Below are positions 21,856-33,132 of a stretch of DNA of 64,000 bases, in pieces (within the stretch, counting starts at the first letter, position 1; each line of letters begins with the position of its first letter). The DNA is taken from positions 150,734 to 214,733 of the IMG/VR virus record IMGVR_UViG_3300000553_000004; one strand, 5' to 3'. A model generated the notes under the pieces. That model was not told the origin of the DNA. It worked only from the letters and a program-made list of their open reading frames with translations, and made no database searches. The translations under genes and the position numbers were made by a program.

Positions 21856-22830
21856 GGCTTGATTTTTGGTAAACATCGTATAAATTAAACCTATGTTTGA
21901 TAGAATCCATTTGACCAGAACCGAACAGGCCGTTTCAGATTCGTTGGCTCATGCCCGAATTCAACAGGATTACATACATGACACGTTGAGGGTGGTACAT
22001 CACGGCAGTAATGATTGGGACGGTGACGTGGATATTAACATCTATGAAGAACACGTTGCCGATGCTGTAAAGGTCGTTGAAGACCACACTGGTACAAAGT
22101 GTACGTCAACGTTTTTGAAAATCGGTAAGAAAACTGGCCGAAGGATTTGGAAAATCACCGCAAAGGGATACATCAATGGTCCGTGTGGCCACTACGCCCG
22201 AGTTGAATGGGAAAAGAAAAATGGAAAGCCGTATCCGATGGAACTTGTGGTCGAGGCTTGACGGTAAACAAATAACTGTTAGTATAACAATACAAAATTT
22301 ATGCCATGTCGTTGTGATTATCCCGATACGTGTAACGAGGACCCAGGTCTTCGTGATTCCGCCAACAAATCCACCCGCGCAGCTTGTGACATGAGGACAA
22401 TCCTCCGTCGTCACAATCTCGAACTTGAATTGACGCTCGAGACTCGGAAGTGGATTAAGAAACACGATGACAAAGATGCCGCTCGCATCGCCGTGGAAAC
22501 TCGGAAAGGGTTGCGTCAACGTGTCAAACAAGCCGCACTCGACAAGCTGAGTCTCGAAGAGCGCCGTGTGTTGGGGTTGTGAGGTATGAATCGTTACACC
22601 GAGTTGACCTGTAAGTTTTGGCCCCATTACAATATCACGGCAGGCTTAACAAACCTTGCCTTTTGGTTGCCATCTGTTATATATTGGACACCGCCGGTAA
22701 TATTTCCAATTATAACATCGTCAATGGGAATGCTTTGTGTCTATTGGGGAATACAGGGAATTCTACATCATCGTCACCAGCGTAAACAACGCTTGACTAA
22801 AAGTAATCCGTTGGTATAGTTATTTGTGTC

Positions 22831-22909
22831 GCGGATGTAGCTGAGTTGGATTTCAAGCAGTGGTTTTCTAAACCACGTTACGTGGGTTCAAATCCCACCA
22901 TCCGCACCA
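22831..22909 (+). tRNA. tRNA-Arg(UCU)
   Basis: Cloverleaf; GTGGT-TTTCTAA-ACCAC; CCA encoded. Confidence 0.9.
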
Positions 22910-22916
22910 ATTTTAA

Positions 22917-23015
22917 TGGCCTTTAGCTCAATGGCAGAGCAGAGCACTCACGCGGGCAGTTACGCCTGCATCGTTAATGCTTTGGTTGACAGTTCGAGTC
23001 TGTCAAGGCCAACCA
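22917..23015 (+). tRNA. tRNA (probably CAU, Ile2/Met) with 24-nt insertion in anticodon loop
   Basis: TGGCCTT/AAGGCCA acceptor, canonical D and T arms, 31-nt anticodon loop CTCA[24 nt]TAA. Confidence 0.75.
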
Positions 23016-23622
23016 TTTTATTATTAGGATAATGTAATTCCATGTGACAGTTATGACATAATAATTGACATTTATTAACTTCAATTTGTAATTTATTGAA
23101 GGAATATCCCGACATTTTTCTTAAATCCAATCCACTTTCTTTTTCATTTGGATTTTTGTGATGAAACGTTAATGCTGAATAATTTCTGTTGTATCCACAA
23201 TTACTACATTTACCACCCAATTGTTTAATAAAAAATAATTTTCGTTCAATCCCACGATTTTTATTTTTAGTATAATTATTTTTTTCATTTTGAAAATTAA
23301 ATTGACTTTTACTAACTTTATATGTTCCTTCACTCATCGCAATAGTTTTTAAGTTATACTTTTTTAACCAATATCTTATGTTTGTTTGAGAAGATGACAA
23401 CATTTTGGCTATTTGATATGTTGATTTGTTTTGATTTATTAACTCTTTTAATTTATCAAGTGGAATTTCAACGTGGTCATAAGGAGAATTTATTGTTTTA
23501 ATTCCAAGTTTTTTCATATATCGTTTTGTCGTAGTCACCGGCATATTCAATTCTTTGGCAATTTTATAGTATCCATATCCTTTTTTAGATAGTTCTTTAT
23601 ATTTTTCTATTAGATGCTCCAT
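22960..23622 (-). CDS. HTH + HNH homing endonuclease
   Basis: Two HTH-like repeats; CSNCGY…FHH…CQLLCHNCH. Confidence 0.85.
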   Translation of the reverse strand: MEHLIEKYKELSKKGYGYYKIAKELNMPVTTTKRYMKKLGIKTINSPYDHVEIPLDKLKELINQNKSTYQIAKMLSSSQTNIRYWLKKYNLKTIAMSEGTYKVSKSQFNFQNEKNNYTKNKNRGIERKLFFIKQLGGKCSNCGYNRNYSALTFHHKNPNEKESGLDLRKMSGYSFNKLQIEVNKCQLLCHNCHMELHYPNNKMVGLDRLELSTKALTMQA

Positions 23623-23952
23623 AGTTTAATTTATGTTTATACTCATAAGTAGTAAACTATGAACCAAAACAACAATAAATCCACGCTTGACATTATTTTA
23701 TTTTGGTTGTAATGTTTGGTATGGGAATCGAATACATAAAAGACGGAAATGGTCAAATCATTGGAAGTAAAAACGGCGACTGGATTAGAGATAAATCGGG
23801 TCGCCAAATTGCCCGTTTCAATGAAGGAACAAATCAGACTTTGACGGCTGATGGTAAGAGATTCGGACAAGGCAATCAATTGACGGCCGCCTTGAAGTCA
23901 AAAGGAAAATAACGACGCTTGACATTTTTGGTTTCTTTGTTAGTATGTATTT

Positions 23953-24330
23953 GTTGTTCGTAAGTAAAGAATTGGTGAAAACCAGAGTGTTGAAAGCGAA
24001 CAAACTGGTCGGTCTGAGATGAACGGTAAGAGTCACTTAAATCATGTGATGTTTCCGTTCTGTACTGGTAGAGCCCGTAGATTGGTCCGATACGGCTACA
24101 AATTTGGCCTCTTGTTCCACCCTCAATGGGTGTTGGTGAAAGTCATCACGACTCCTTTGTTGGGGTTTTAACAATGCTGATAATTTTTGGTGAATGAAAC
24201 CCCGCGGGGTGGAGTTCGCAAATTGGCCTCTTGTTTCATCATCCTCAATGGGTGGTGATGGTGTAAGAAAACATGAAGACCTTCGGTTTAAGAAGGGATA
24301 ACAAAGCTAATTCGATTTCCCGAAAGGGGC
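23953..24330 (+). ncRNA. candidate structured ncRNA with internally duplicated motif
   Basis: Own promoter 23917-23946; no credible ORF; aaat(t)tggcctcttgtt + TCAAT-loop hairpin occurs twice. Confidence 0.55.
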
Positions 24331-24363
24331 TTGACAGACTAAGAAGTTCTGTTAAGATAAGTT

Positions 24364-24610
24364 TGTTCCGTGACTGAGTAACTGCTACTGTTAGCAGTAA
24401 GGTGATGGCAGGGTGAAGAATCCTGTTAGACACGAAAGTAACTCGGAGTAGGTAAGGCAGAGAAACTGATGGGTCGTACAACCGTTGAGGTTTTTCGTAG
24501 ACACGTATATATGCTATAACAGCGTGTCTTAGGTGGCGACGGCTGCCAGCTGGCTGAATAACCGAAAGAGTGAGGATAGTCGAGAGTAACAAGCGAGTCT
24601 CTCCGGAACA
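24364..24610 (+). ncRNA. candidate structured ncRNA
   Basis: Own promoter at 24329; ends pair (tgttccg/cggaaca); internal hairpins. Confidence 0.55.
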
Positions 24611-24672
24611 TTAAATTTCAACGCTTGACAACGGGTCAAGTCGTGGTAAGATAGTTTTGTTGGTTTTAGGAT

Positions 24673-24756
24673 TGCGGAGACAAGCCGAGGGACGCTGGCC
24701 ACGCTCATAACGTGGGTTAATAACTATGAATGGTTCGACTCCATTCTCCGCTACCA
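24673..24756 (+). tRNA. atypical tRNA-Met(CAU), initiator-like 1:72 mismatch
   Basis: GCGGAG/CTCCGC with T.T at 1:72; CCACG-CTCATAA-CGTGG; aberrant D arm, long variable region. Confidence 0.7.
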
Positions 24757-25066
24757 AATTTCGATTAGATAAGGCTGGAGAAAATCAGTCTCGGGCGCTT
24801 GCCGCCTCAAAAGTCGGTAGTTACGATACGTAAGTTGTGGCAACACAATGTAACCGGAAATAACTTCTAATTAGAATGAGTCAGTTGTCCCGTTGGTGGG
24901 ATAAGTCGGCGAAAGCCGATGGTGGGGAAGGTCCACGATTGACAAGAACCCTGAGTTAAGGTCCAAACCGTAATGAATCCAGATATACTTGGATGACATT
25001 CGCCTTCAACTCACGGGACATTTTTTGTAAGTGTTTTCAAAGTTTGAGGACTACTTATTTGTAGAT

Positions 25067-25142
25067 GCGGGTTTCATATAATTAGAAGTATGGGATTCAT
25101 CCGAATTCACGTCCGGTCGAGCATTACCCGGAACTCGCTCCA
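25067..25142 (+). tRNA. atypical tRNA-Gly(UCC)-like
   Basis: GCGGGTT/AACTCGC, U73, CCA; TCC in anticodon loop; no GG in D loop, no TTC in T loop. Confidence 0.55.
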
Positions 25143-25545
25143 ATTTCTTCTCAGTGGTGGTTTACAAACATATCTTGAAGTCGGGCAATCTCTTCATTCA
25201 ATTCCGTTTCAACTTTATTCACCGCGTTCAAACATTCAAGCGGCATAAAGCAGTTGTATTTCTCATTCCAGAATCCTTCCTGACGTTTACTGACTCCGGT
25301 CGAAGCTGCCGTGTCATCACCGCTGGCAGCATATTGAAGCGCCTTATCATCACTTGAAAACCGCTTGGTGTGAGTTGCGTTGGTATACGGAGGAAAGAAT
25401 TTGTATGTTTTTTTCATATGGTTAGTTTAACAAATTACTTTGAATAGTCAAGCCTCACACCGGTATGGTGGTACCACCAGCGCATAAAATTAGGATACCC
25501 CACCCGTATAGGATGGAGTACCCCTAGCGCTTGAATCACCGGCCC

Positions 25546-25983
25546 TTATTCCACCGGCTGATAGGATGTCAGTGTGATGCCACTTGCCCGACTCCGTAGA
25601 AATTTCTTGAACTTGTAGGTGGCCTTACCATCCTTGAATTGGATATCCAATCCGGTCAAGTAATCTGAATTCATTGAAATTAATCGAACATTGTGGAATT
25701 TTGAATCTGCGGCAGAATAAGAATTCTTCCAGTAAGTGAACGTGACGTGAGGTACATTCTTGGGAGTGTTACTCGTGTTCACGACTCCGCTCTTGGGAAT
25801 CCGAATGGTGACGGTCTTGGCGGTATGTTTCCGACGAAAGACGTTGTAAAAGAAACATTCACTGACTTCCTGACCGATTGAATGTTTAACTGACTTTACT
25901 TGTGACGACCCACGGGCCGTATACAAGTCGCCCTTACGAATAATTTCGTTTGGTTTCAATTGCCGATGATTATCAAGTTTCAT
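25546..25983 (-). CDS. hypothetical protein
   Basis: ORF directly after minus-strand promoter at 26016. Confidence 0.7.
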   Translation of the reverse strand: MKLDNHRQLKPNEIIRKGDLYTARGSSQVKSVKHSIGQEVSECFFYNVFRRKHTAKTVTIRIPKSGVVNTSNTPKNVPHVTFTYWKNSYSAADSKFHNVRLISMNSDYLTGLDIQFKDGKATYKFKKFLRSRASGITLTSYQPVE

Positions 25984-26058
25984 AATTTTATTATTATACC
26001 GATTTTGTTTTGTTTGTCAAGCCCCGACTAGGGGCGAGTACCCCTAGCGCTGACAGAT

Positions 26059-26919
26059 TTATAACCCAATGCTCTTAGTTTTTGGATGTTTGAGTTTACC
26101 ATAGCCGCCCATTCCACGTTTTTTAAGAGCAGACCAAGCCTTGGCGAAAACGCCGCCTGCAGGCTGTTGGCCGTGAACTACAAGCGCAAATGACTTGTCA
26201 CCAGAATAACAATGTGAATCGTCATGGTCAATAGATAAACCAAGGCTTGCCGCTTCTTCCGGTGACGTTACAACCTTGGCAAATTTCAGATTGTGTTTTG
26301 CTATCAGGTGGTCATGCGTTCCCCCGTAAGAGGCGGTGAGCTTAAAATTGGCCGGAATTGTTCCCAGACGTTTCACCCAGAACGGTAAAGCTTTAGTATA
26401 GGAATAGAATAACCGAGTGGGATTGCGACGAGCAACTTCCATCCAAGCGTCAAAATATTTTTGAGTAAAGTAGTCACCGGAGACATGAACCCGAGTCGGC
26501 TTACCCCACCGAGCGACGGGCAAACTGCGTTCAATCAATTCGACGGTTGCTTGCTTTCCTTTTGTCAAAGCATGAAGCAAGGTTAGAAAATTCCACCAGC
26601 GAGCAGCACGGACGCCGGGACGTAGAACTTCATCAATTGCGGTGAAGCAACGGAATTCTGTATCCGGGCCGTCCTGAATCCCGAAGCCGCTGAATGTTCC
26701 TTTGGCGCTTGCCGTGTTAGTGCTTCGCGCCGCTTTCAACGTCGCACAGGAACGACAATCTTTGGCAAAGGGACAACTATGCCCAGCCGGCATGGAAAAG
26801 GTGATAATGTCATCCAGTTTATTGTTGCGGTCAGCAAATTTGAGGTCAGCCGTCGCAGCGTCAAAACCTTTTGACTGGAGAAAATTCTCCATGAAGTTTT
26901 TCATTTTCGTATCAATCAT
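26059..26919 (-). CDS. Gp88-like protein (radical-SAM-like fold)
   Basis: FSMPAGHSCPFAKDC…CFTA, RVHVSGDYF, FYSYTK. Confidence 0.75.
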   Translation of the reverse strand: MIDTKMKNFMENFLQSKGFDAATADLKFADRNNKLDDIITFSMPAGHSCPFAKDCRSCATLKAARSTNTASAKGTFSGFGIQDGPDTEFRCFTAIDEVLRPGVRAARWWNFLTLLHALTKGKQATVELIERSLPVARWGKPTRVHVSGDYFTQKYFDAWMEVARRNPTRLFYSYTKALPFWVKRLGTIPANFKLTASYGGTHDHLIAKHNLKFAKVVTSPEEAASLGLSIDHDDSHCYSGDKSFALVVHGQQPAGGVFAKAWSALKKRGMGGYGKLKHPKTKSIGL

Positions 26920-26974
26920 ATTTACAATTTATATTATTAAAAGGAAATGTCAAGCGTGCTGACCTCGACCAAAT

Positions 26975-27031
26975 ATTAACGATAAAGTGATTTGGGGTGG
27001 CGGAACTGCCTTCCGGCTTTGTTCGCCTCAC
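26975..27031 (-). ncRNA. small RNA family A copy 2
   Basis: Promoter 27032-27067; GTGAGGCGAACAAAGCCGGAAGGCAGTTCCGC. Confidence 0.6.
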
Positions 27032-28023
27032 ATAGATAATTTATCAAAAGTATTGCAGAAGTCAAGCCTCACCCGATTTTCACAGGTGAGGCTTGGTGAG
27101 AGTGTGGATTAAATTTTGTTCTGTTTTCGACAGACATACAGGGCCTGAAAGACGCCCATCATTTTAGGAAATGTCGTAATAAGATAATCACGAGCGATTT
27201 CAGGATTTTTCAATCCATAAACAAATCGTGGCAAGCCACGGGAATCATCACGGGCTGCCAATTCTAGTTGGCGTTCGGCTGTTGTGAGAGGACGACGGAA
27301 AAGGCCGACCTTGCGAGCGATGGCCGGAAACCCCTTCGAGTATTCACGCCACATCGGGTCAGGCCGTTCATTATCCGAACAGATTTTGTTCAACCGGCTG
27401 CCGACATAATTGACATCGTAATTCATGTTCAACACTGAACTCATAGTCGAACAGAGAATAACGACGGTGGGCGCCGTCTGGCAAAATGTCATCACGGCCA
27501 ACGTGGTATCTCGCCATGGCAATGAATAAGGAACTTTTTGTCTCGAACCAGTTAATTCACGACTGTTACGAAGTATGTTCACTGTTTGGTTGTCTTCCAT
27601 AAAAGATAATGGAAGATTGGTGTTATTTTGACACATATTATTTTTTGTTTGTTGTTTGTTTGTTACGAAATCAATTTATCAAAGTTTGTAGAAATGTCAA
27701 GCGACGTCAGGGAACTGAAATAGTTCCTGTAAGGTGGGAGTGAACCCAAGTTCGGTGGTGATTTTATTCTTCTTCACCATGAGACGTGTGGCGATTTGGC
27801 GAGCCATATAGGCCGGACGTTCACCATCTTGGTAAAGGTTTTCAGGTGAGAGTTGTCCTTCAATGTCCCGTAGTTCATCAAAGAGTTGTTCTTTTCGTGT
27901 AGCAGTCATGTCTGTAAATTATCAAAACATTGTAGTAAGTCAAGCGGTGGTTAACCGAGGCTTGACAATATTAATATGTTTGGTAACTTATCAATATGAA
28001 ATACATCACTGTTTCACCAACAC

Positions 28024-28755
28024 TTGAAAAAGGCCGTAAGGGCCAAAATGGAAGCCACTCTCGACATCTGTCGAGCCAAGTATCAAAAACATATTCCCAC
28101 CCCGATTCTCAAATTTCGCCAATTGGGTCGAACCGCTGGAGTGTGTGATTATAGTCTCAACGATATGGCGTCAACCAAAATCGTAATCAATCCCGACTTT
28201 TTCAAAAATCATTATGACGACATGATGAACGATACCGTTCCACATGAAGTCGCACATTACATCGCAGTGTTCATTCACGGACGGGCTGGCCACGGACACG
28301 GTTGGTTATGGAAGAATGTCATGGCGGTCGTTGGTATTAGTGGCGCAGACCGTTGTCACCAATACAGTCTCGAAGGGGTCAAGGCCCGTAACATGGATAA
28401 ACCTTACAAATATTCGTGTGGTTGTGATGGCGAACGTGGTGTTCATATGCTCACCAAAACGAAACACAAACGTCACCAAGACTCGGTGACGATGACGTGT
28501 AAGGGTTACATCTGTCGCCGGTGTCGTGGTAGTTTGACCTACGAAGGATTTACGATGGGAGGTCAATACGTTCCCGCCAAGAAACCGTTTGTGGTTCAAC
28601 CTACAACTGTTCCCGTGGTGGAAATCCACCCAAAGACAGTCATACCGATTCAGATGGTTCCGATACCGTTAACGGAGACGGAAGGCGCCTATCGAATGAT
28701 GACACGATTTGTTAATGGGTCGCTCGTGAACGTTAAAGTTCCCGTGATGGCCTAA
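28024..28755 (+). CDS. SprT-like zinc metalloprotease
   Basis: TVPHEVAH…HGWLWK, YxCxC, CRRC; start uncertain (see findings). Confidence 0.85.
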   Translation: MKKAVRAKMEATLDICRAKYQKHIPTPILKFRQLGRTAGVCDYSLNDMASTKIVINPDFFKNHYDDMMNDTVPHEVAHYIAVFIHGRAGHGHGWLWKNVMAVVGISGADRCHQYSLEGVKARNMDKPYKYSCGCDGERGVHMLTKTKHKRHQDSVTMTCKGYICRRCRGSLTYEGFTMGGQYVPAKKPFVVQPTTVPVVEIHPKTVIPIQMVPIPLTETEGAYRMMTRFVNGSLVNVKVPVMA

Positions 28756-28809
28756 CGCAAAAGGGAAGCTGGAGTGTGATGACTCCGGCTTTCTTCTTTT
28801 TCATTTACA

Positions 28810-28874
28810 TTAACGTTAAAGGAATTAACGCACTCGCCGATACCCTACTCTTGGTTTTTGACAACCTCATCAAC
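28810..28874 (-). ncRNA. small RNA family C copy 1
   Basis: Promoter 28875-28910; GATGAGGTT…AACCAAGAGTAGGGTATCGGCG…TGCGTT shared with 39186. Confidence 0.5.
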
Positions 28875-28904
28875 AAAGATAGGTTAACAAATTGTTTAGG
28901 GAAG

Positions 28905-29285
28905 TCAAGCGGCGAGAGCTTTCTTGACTTCGGAGATGGTTGCCAAAGGCTTGATGATTTTTGGCTTGCCTCTGGGATTTAATGAGAACCCTTTACTTCG
29001 TTCAAGAACTTCTTTACGAGACAGACACAAAGTTTCTAACTTTGACCGTCCGTGATTACAAGCATAACACGCAATTACTTTTCTCTGTTCTCCATGACGT
29101 TTTTTCTTCCATCGGGAAAGATTGTAACGTGAAATTACGTGCTCTATTGTTGCCGAATTTGGTGGTAAAGTTTGACCAGATGGAATATTTTTAATGTCAG
29201 TTAAAATTGTAAGGCACCCACAATAAAAACAATTTGGATTGTTTGCGTGAAGTTTAAGTTTTAACGTCCGATTACTCATCGTCAT
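28905..29285 (-). CDS. HNH endonuclease
   Basis: CFYCG…ATIEHV…ACYACNH. Confidence 0.85.
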   Translation of the reverse strand: MTMSNRTLKLKLHANNPNCFYCGCLTILTDIKNIPSGQTLPPNSATIEHVISRYNLSRWKKKRHGEQRKVIACYACNHGRSKLETLCLSRKEVLERSKGFSLNPRGKPKIIKPLATISEVKKALAA

Positions 29286-30866
29286 CGATTTCAGTGTTCG
29301 GTGGAATTCCGTGAATGATACACGCAGTCCACTTGACTACGCCTACCAAAGTCTGACCTGCAATCAGAAGCATGAAGAATGTCAACCAAGGATTCTCGGT
29401 GGCAAATTTGAAGAATGAGTCAAGCATATTATTTTTGTTTGTCGCATAGTATAAGGACAAAGAAATATATCCCAAGTCCAATATACAGTATTGTCACGTT
29501 GAAGAAAGTGTATCAGAGTTTTTATAGAAGTCAAGCCTCAAACTTCACCATCGGCTTTGCCGCCCATTAATCGGTGATTCTCGGATATTAGACTGTCATT
29601 ATCTTTTTTGAGTTCCGTCCACGCCTCACTTAAATCCCGAATCGTTTCGGCGTTAATCGCCATACTCCGACAGAGTGGACATGGAATATGGTGATTTTCG
29701 TCTCTGATGAATGAAATTTCATCGTGTCCTTGTGAACATTTAGTAAACATACAGACGCCGTTCTCCGTTCAATACGGGGTTGTCGTGACCCCCACGACTG
29801 AAATCAGACTCTTGTGAATCGTTATGTTTCGGTTTGTTTCCGTTGGACTTCCGTGGTTTGTCGTTACGGTATTTACCGAACTTGTCTGTATTTCTGGATT
29901 TTCCCATAAAATTAACGAGGTGTGGTTGGTTTCACCGGTTCGGTGGATACTTCGGTGACATCCTTGGTGGCAACTGTGACCACTTTGGGTGTATTCTTGA
30001 CGAGTTTGTCTACCGCCTCTTCGATGTCAATGACGTATTGATGCATCACCGACTCGTGTTTCTTCACTCCGGTACGATGGTCGATGATGGCTTGAATCCG
30101 CCACTTCTGAGGGCGGCAGTCATCGTCAAGGTCTTTGTGGTATCTGGCAAAAACCAAATCCTGAGCCTGTCTGTAAATGTCAGCAGTCATGGTCATCTTT
30201 CTTGTCAAATTTCGGTTTACGAACGTGTTTCTTTTTGGACGGAACCACTCGGGTCTTGATGTCACATCCTTTACGACGTTCGGTGATTAACTCCATTTGA
30301 GTTTTCAATTTCGGTTTCTTCGCTTTTTTCATATAGTTAATTTATCAAAGAATTAACAAATGTCAAGCGGGCGTCAAAAATTAAAGGGCTTCGGAGATGA
30401 TTTCACGATTGGTCATTAACCTTCCGTCCCAAGTGGCAGGGCTCGAACCGGCGGCGTGGCCCTATAAACTGGGTAACAAAGAAGATAAATAAATTACAAT
30501 TTTTTTACCGATTTCTTTTTCGTAGGTTTCACGTCACCCGTAGATTCGGTAGACGGAATCCGTTTAGTTACGGCAACCTCCAATTGTTTTTGAAGTTTTT
30601 TTCTTTGTTTTGCGCTTCCATTCTCGATGAGGGTGGAGAATTTCTCCGCGATGGTCATCCCATCATACTTGTCCTGACGGGCATACGCCTCATGACGTTT
30701 ACGGTCCTGCTTGGCGTGGGCCTTGTTCTGGCTGTAACCGTTTTTCTTCGTCGCAATGACGTGCGTTTTACGTTTCTCGCCGGTGGATGAAATCGTCGCG
30801 GCCTGTGGATATTTTTGTTTACTCATAATGGTTTAAAGTTATCAGATGTTTATAAAAAGTCAAGCC

Positions 30867-31004
30867 TTAACGAACACAGGCGTAGTAGATGACGTAGAAC
30901 CAACCGAAAATCCCATGAAGGATTGCCCAGCCGATTGATTTATTGATGGTGAACGAGATGGCAATTGCCATCGCCGAACCGAATCCAATTACTGATTTAA
31001 TCAT
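30867..31004 (-). CDS. 45-aa membrane protein
   Basis: MIKSVIGFGSAMAIAISFTINKSIGWAILHGIFGWFYVIYYACVR; after promoter at 31063; below ORF-track cutoff. Confidence 0.7.
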   Translation of the reverse strand: MIKSVIGFGSAMAIAISFTINKSIGWAILHGIFGWFYVIYYACVR

Positions 31005-33056
31005 ATTTTTGTTTTGTTGTTTGTTTTATTAACGACTTCAATTTATCACAGTAATCTATTTAGTCAAGCGGTCAGTCCCACCACATACGAGTCACATTGT
31101 CGAAGGGATATTTGTGTTCAATGTAATCACAATAATCGGCCCCACACACGTTTTTAACCTTGCCGGTGACATACATACAGACACTTAACTCACGAGCGAG
31201 GATGATTTTACAATCATCGGGGAGGGATTCCAACATGGACGGTGTGAATTCGTTGTATTCAGGACAAGCCTCTTCCATGATTCGGATTGCGGTCACTTTG
31301 TCCACGGGTGAGACAGCCCGAAAATCCAATTGACGAGTCTCTTCGTTGTAGGCAATCAGAACCGAACGGCGAACGGTTTCATTGATGAATTTTTGGTTAA
31401 TAATCATGACTTAAATTTATCAAATGTTTATTGTAAGTCAAGCCTCATACATCTACGCTTGACATTATGGTAATGTTTGATATTTTAACCACATGAATTT
31501 GAAGTCCACTATTACCGATGTTTGTTCCGCCATCCTCACTCAACATCTTGGGTCCATTGAAAACGTCGTGATTGATTCGGCCTGTAAGACTGTTATTACC
31601 GAGTGGAATACTCATCACACCGAACAGATTGACACTCGCCACGAACTCGCCGAGTGGAGTCGGACGATGGATGGTATCAGAACCGAACAGCTCGGATGTG
31701 GTAATTGTGAACATTGTTCATGTGGCGAATCCCATTAATTTTATGTCAGTACAATACATTGAAAACGAAATCGTTCATCTCAATGGTGAACTCGTAACCG
31801 TAGTCCGTCAATTCACTCAGACTCAGAGTGATTCATGGAACGGTCAACTATCCGTAATCAAGGTCGGTGAGAATCGGTATAAGTATCTCATCACTGCGAT
31901 GGATGGCAAGTCGACGTTATTTTCAATGTGTGATGTTCTCCGAGTCGAACCGTCTCTATCAGTCAGTGTGGGAACTTCCCAAATAATCCGACTGAAAGGT
32001 TCAATGTAATGTGTATTATTGTTTTATTCGCTCTATTAGGTTTACCGATAGGCGCAGTCGGTTTGTTCTGTCTCATCTACTTCTTCTTTTTCATGAGTCG
32101 GTGACGCTTGACATTAATTAAATGTTTGGTATTTTAATCACATGAATAACAATTTACTTTTACAGGCTCAGAAATGGTTGGCTACTATCGGCATCAAATC
32201 CGAAGCATGTCAGACCTTTCTCAAAGTCAGTCGCAAAGATGTCGACGACAGTGGCCTTTTCGAAACCGATTCATTTCTTCGTGAATTGAAACTTGGTATC
32301 GGTAGTAATAAACTCTATCTCGGATTGGATGATGTGGCGAACTATCACATCAAAGCATTCTAACCCCACACGGGGAGTGGGTACCCCCAGCGCATTACCT
32401 TTTTGGGACCCCCAGCGCTGTTTCACCCGCTACCCGCGCCTGAATACTGCGCTGGTGACGCTTGACAATTAAAACAAACAATGTAGTATTTCAATATGAA
32501 TGAATACATCGTCAATCTCACTTGGTCTGTAACCGGCTCGGTCAAGGTCAAGGCAAACTCACCCGAAGAAGCTGCCGAACTAGCTAAGGGCCCTACGGTT
32601 TCCTTGCCCGAATCCAATTATTATCTCGAAGATTCAATCACCTGTAACCCTGATGCCGACGTCCGGTTAATATCGTAATACTATGAAACAACTACTGACA
32701 TGGTTACGTAAACGTACACCGTCGTTTATTTGCGCAGTAATAGGTCACGGGCATCTTTCAACAGTCGAACCGTATCAAACGATATGGACATACAAAAATT
32801 ATAAGGGACTGACCGTAGAGGATTTAACGAAGACCGATAACGTATCCGAAGTATCAGTCCGCGGAAAGTTAAAATGTAAACGTTGTGGACAGATTTCCAT
32901 CGGTAACGTTAAATATAAAAACTATTGTTAGTTTAACGTTAAAGGACACCAATACACAATAAACCATATGGCGCCTAATAGGCGGTCATACATGCGCAGA
33001 ATTGTGGCGTACTTGAAGTATATTACCATTTTTTATCGCAACGTCAAGCGCCAGGA

Positions 33057-33132
33057 GTTAACGTTAAAGGAATTAACGCAGGCCTTGGTCCCACATTCTC
33101 GGCGCCTTTCGGTCGGCCTCATCATCTCTCAC
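33057..33132 (-). ncRNA. small RNA family C copy 2
   Basis: Promoter 33133-33168; GTGAGAGATGATGAGGCCGA…CGCCG…TGCGTT. Confidence 0.5.

Noticed and set aside
22951-22974. Group I intron or canonical bulge-helix-bulge tRNA intron
   Set aside because: Only 24 nt; shows one 3-nt bulge and a 3-bp helix, not a full BHB
24245-24611. Minus-strand ORFs 24245-24592 and 24426-24611 (also 16121-16309, 63655-63936)
   Set aside because: No promoter or RBS, no motifs; they overlap + strand promoter-driven structured regions better explained as ncRNA
33090-33132. Hammerhead ribozyme (TGATGAG…GAAA on minus strand)
   Set aside because: Lacks the C of CUGAUGA, a correctly placed GAAA after stem II, and stems I/III
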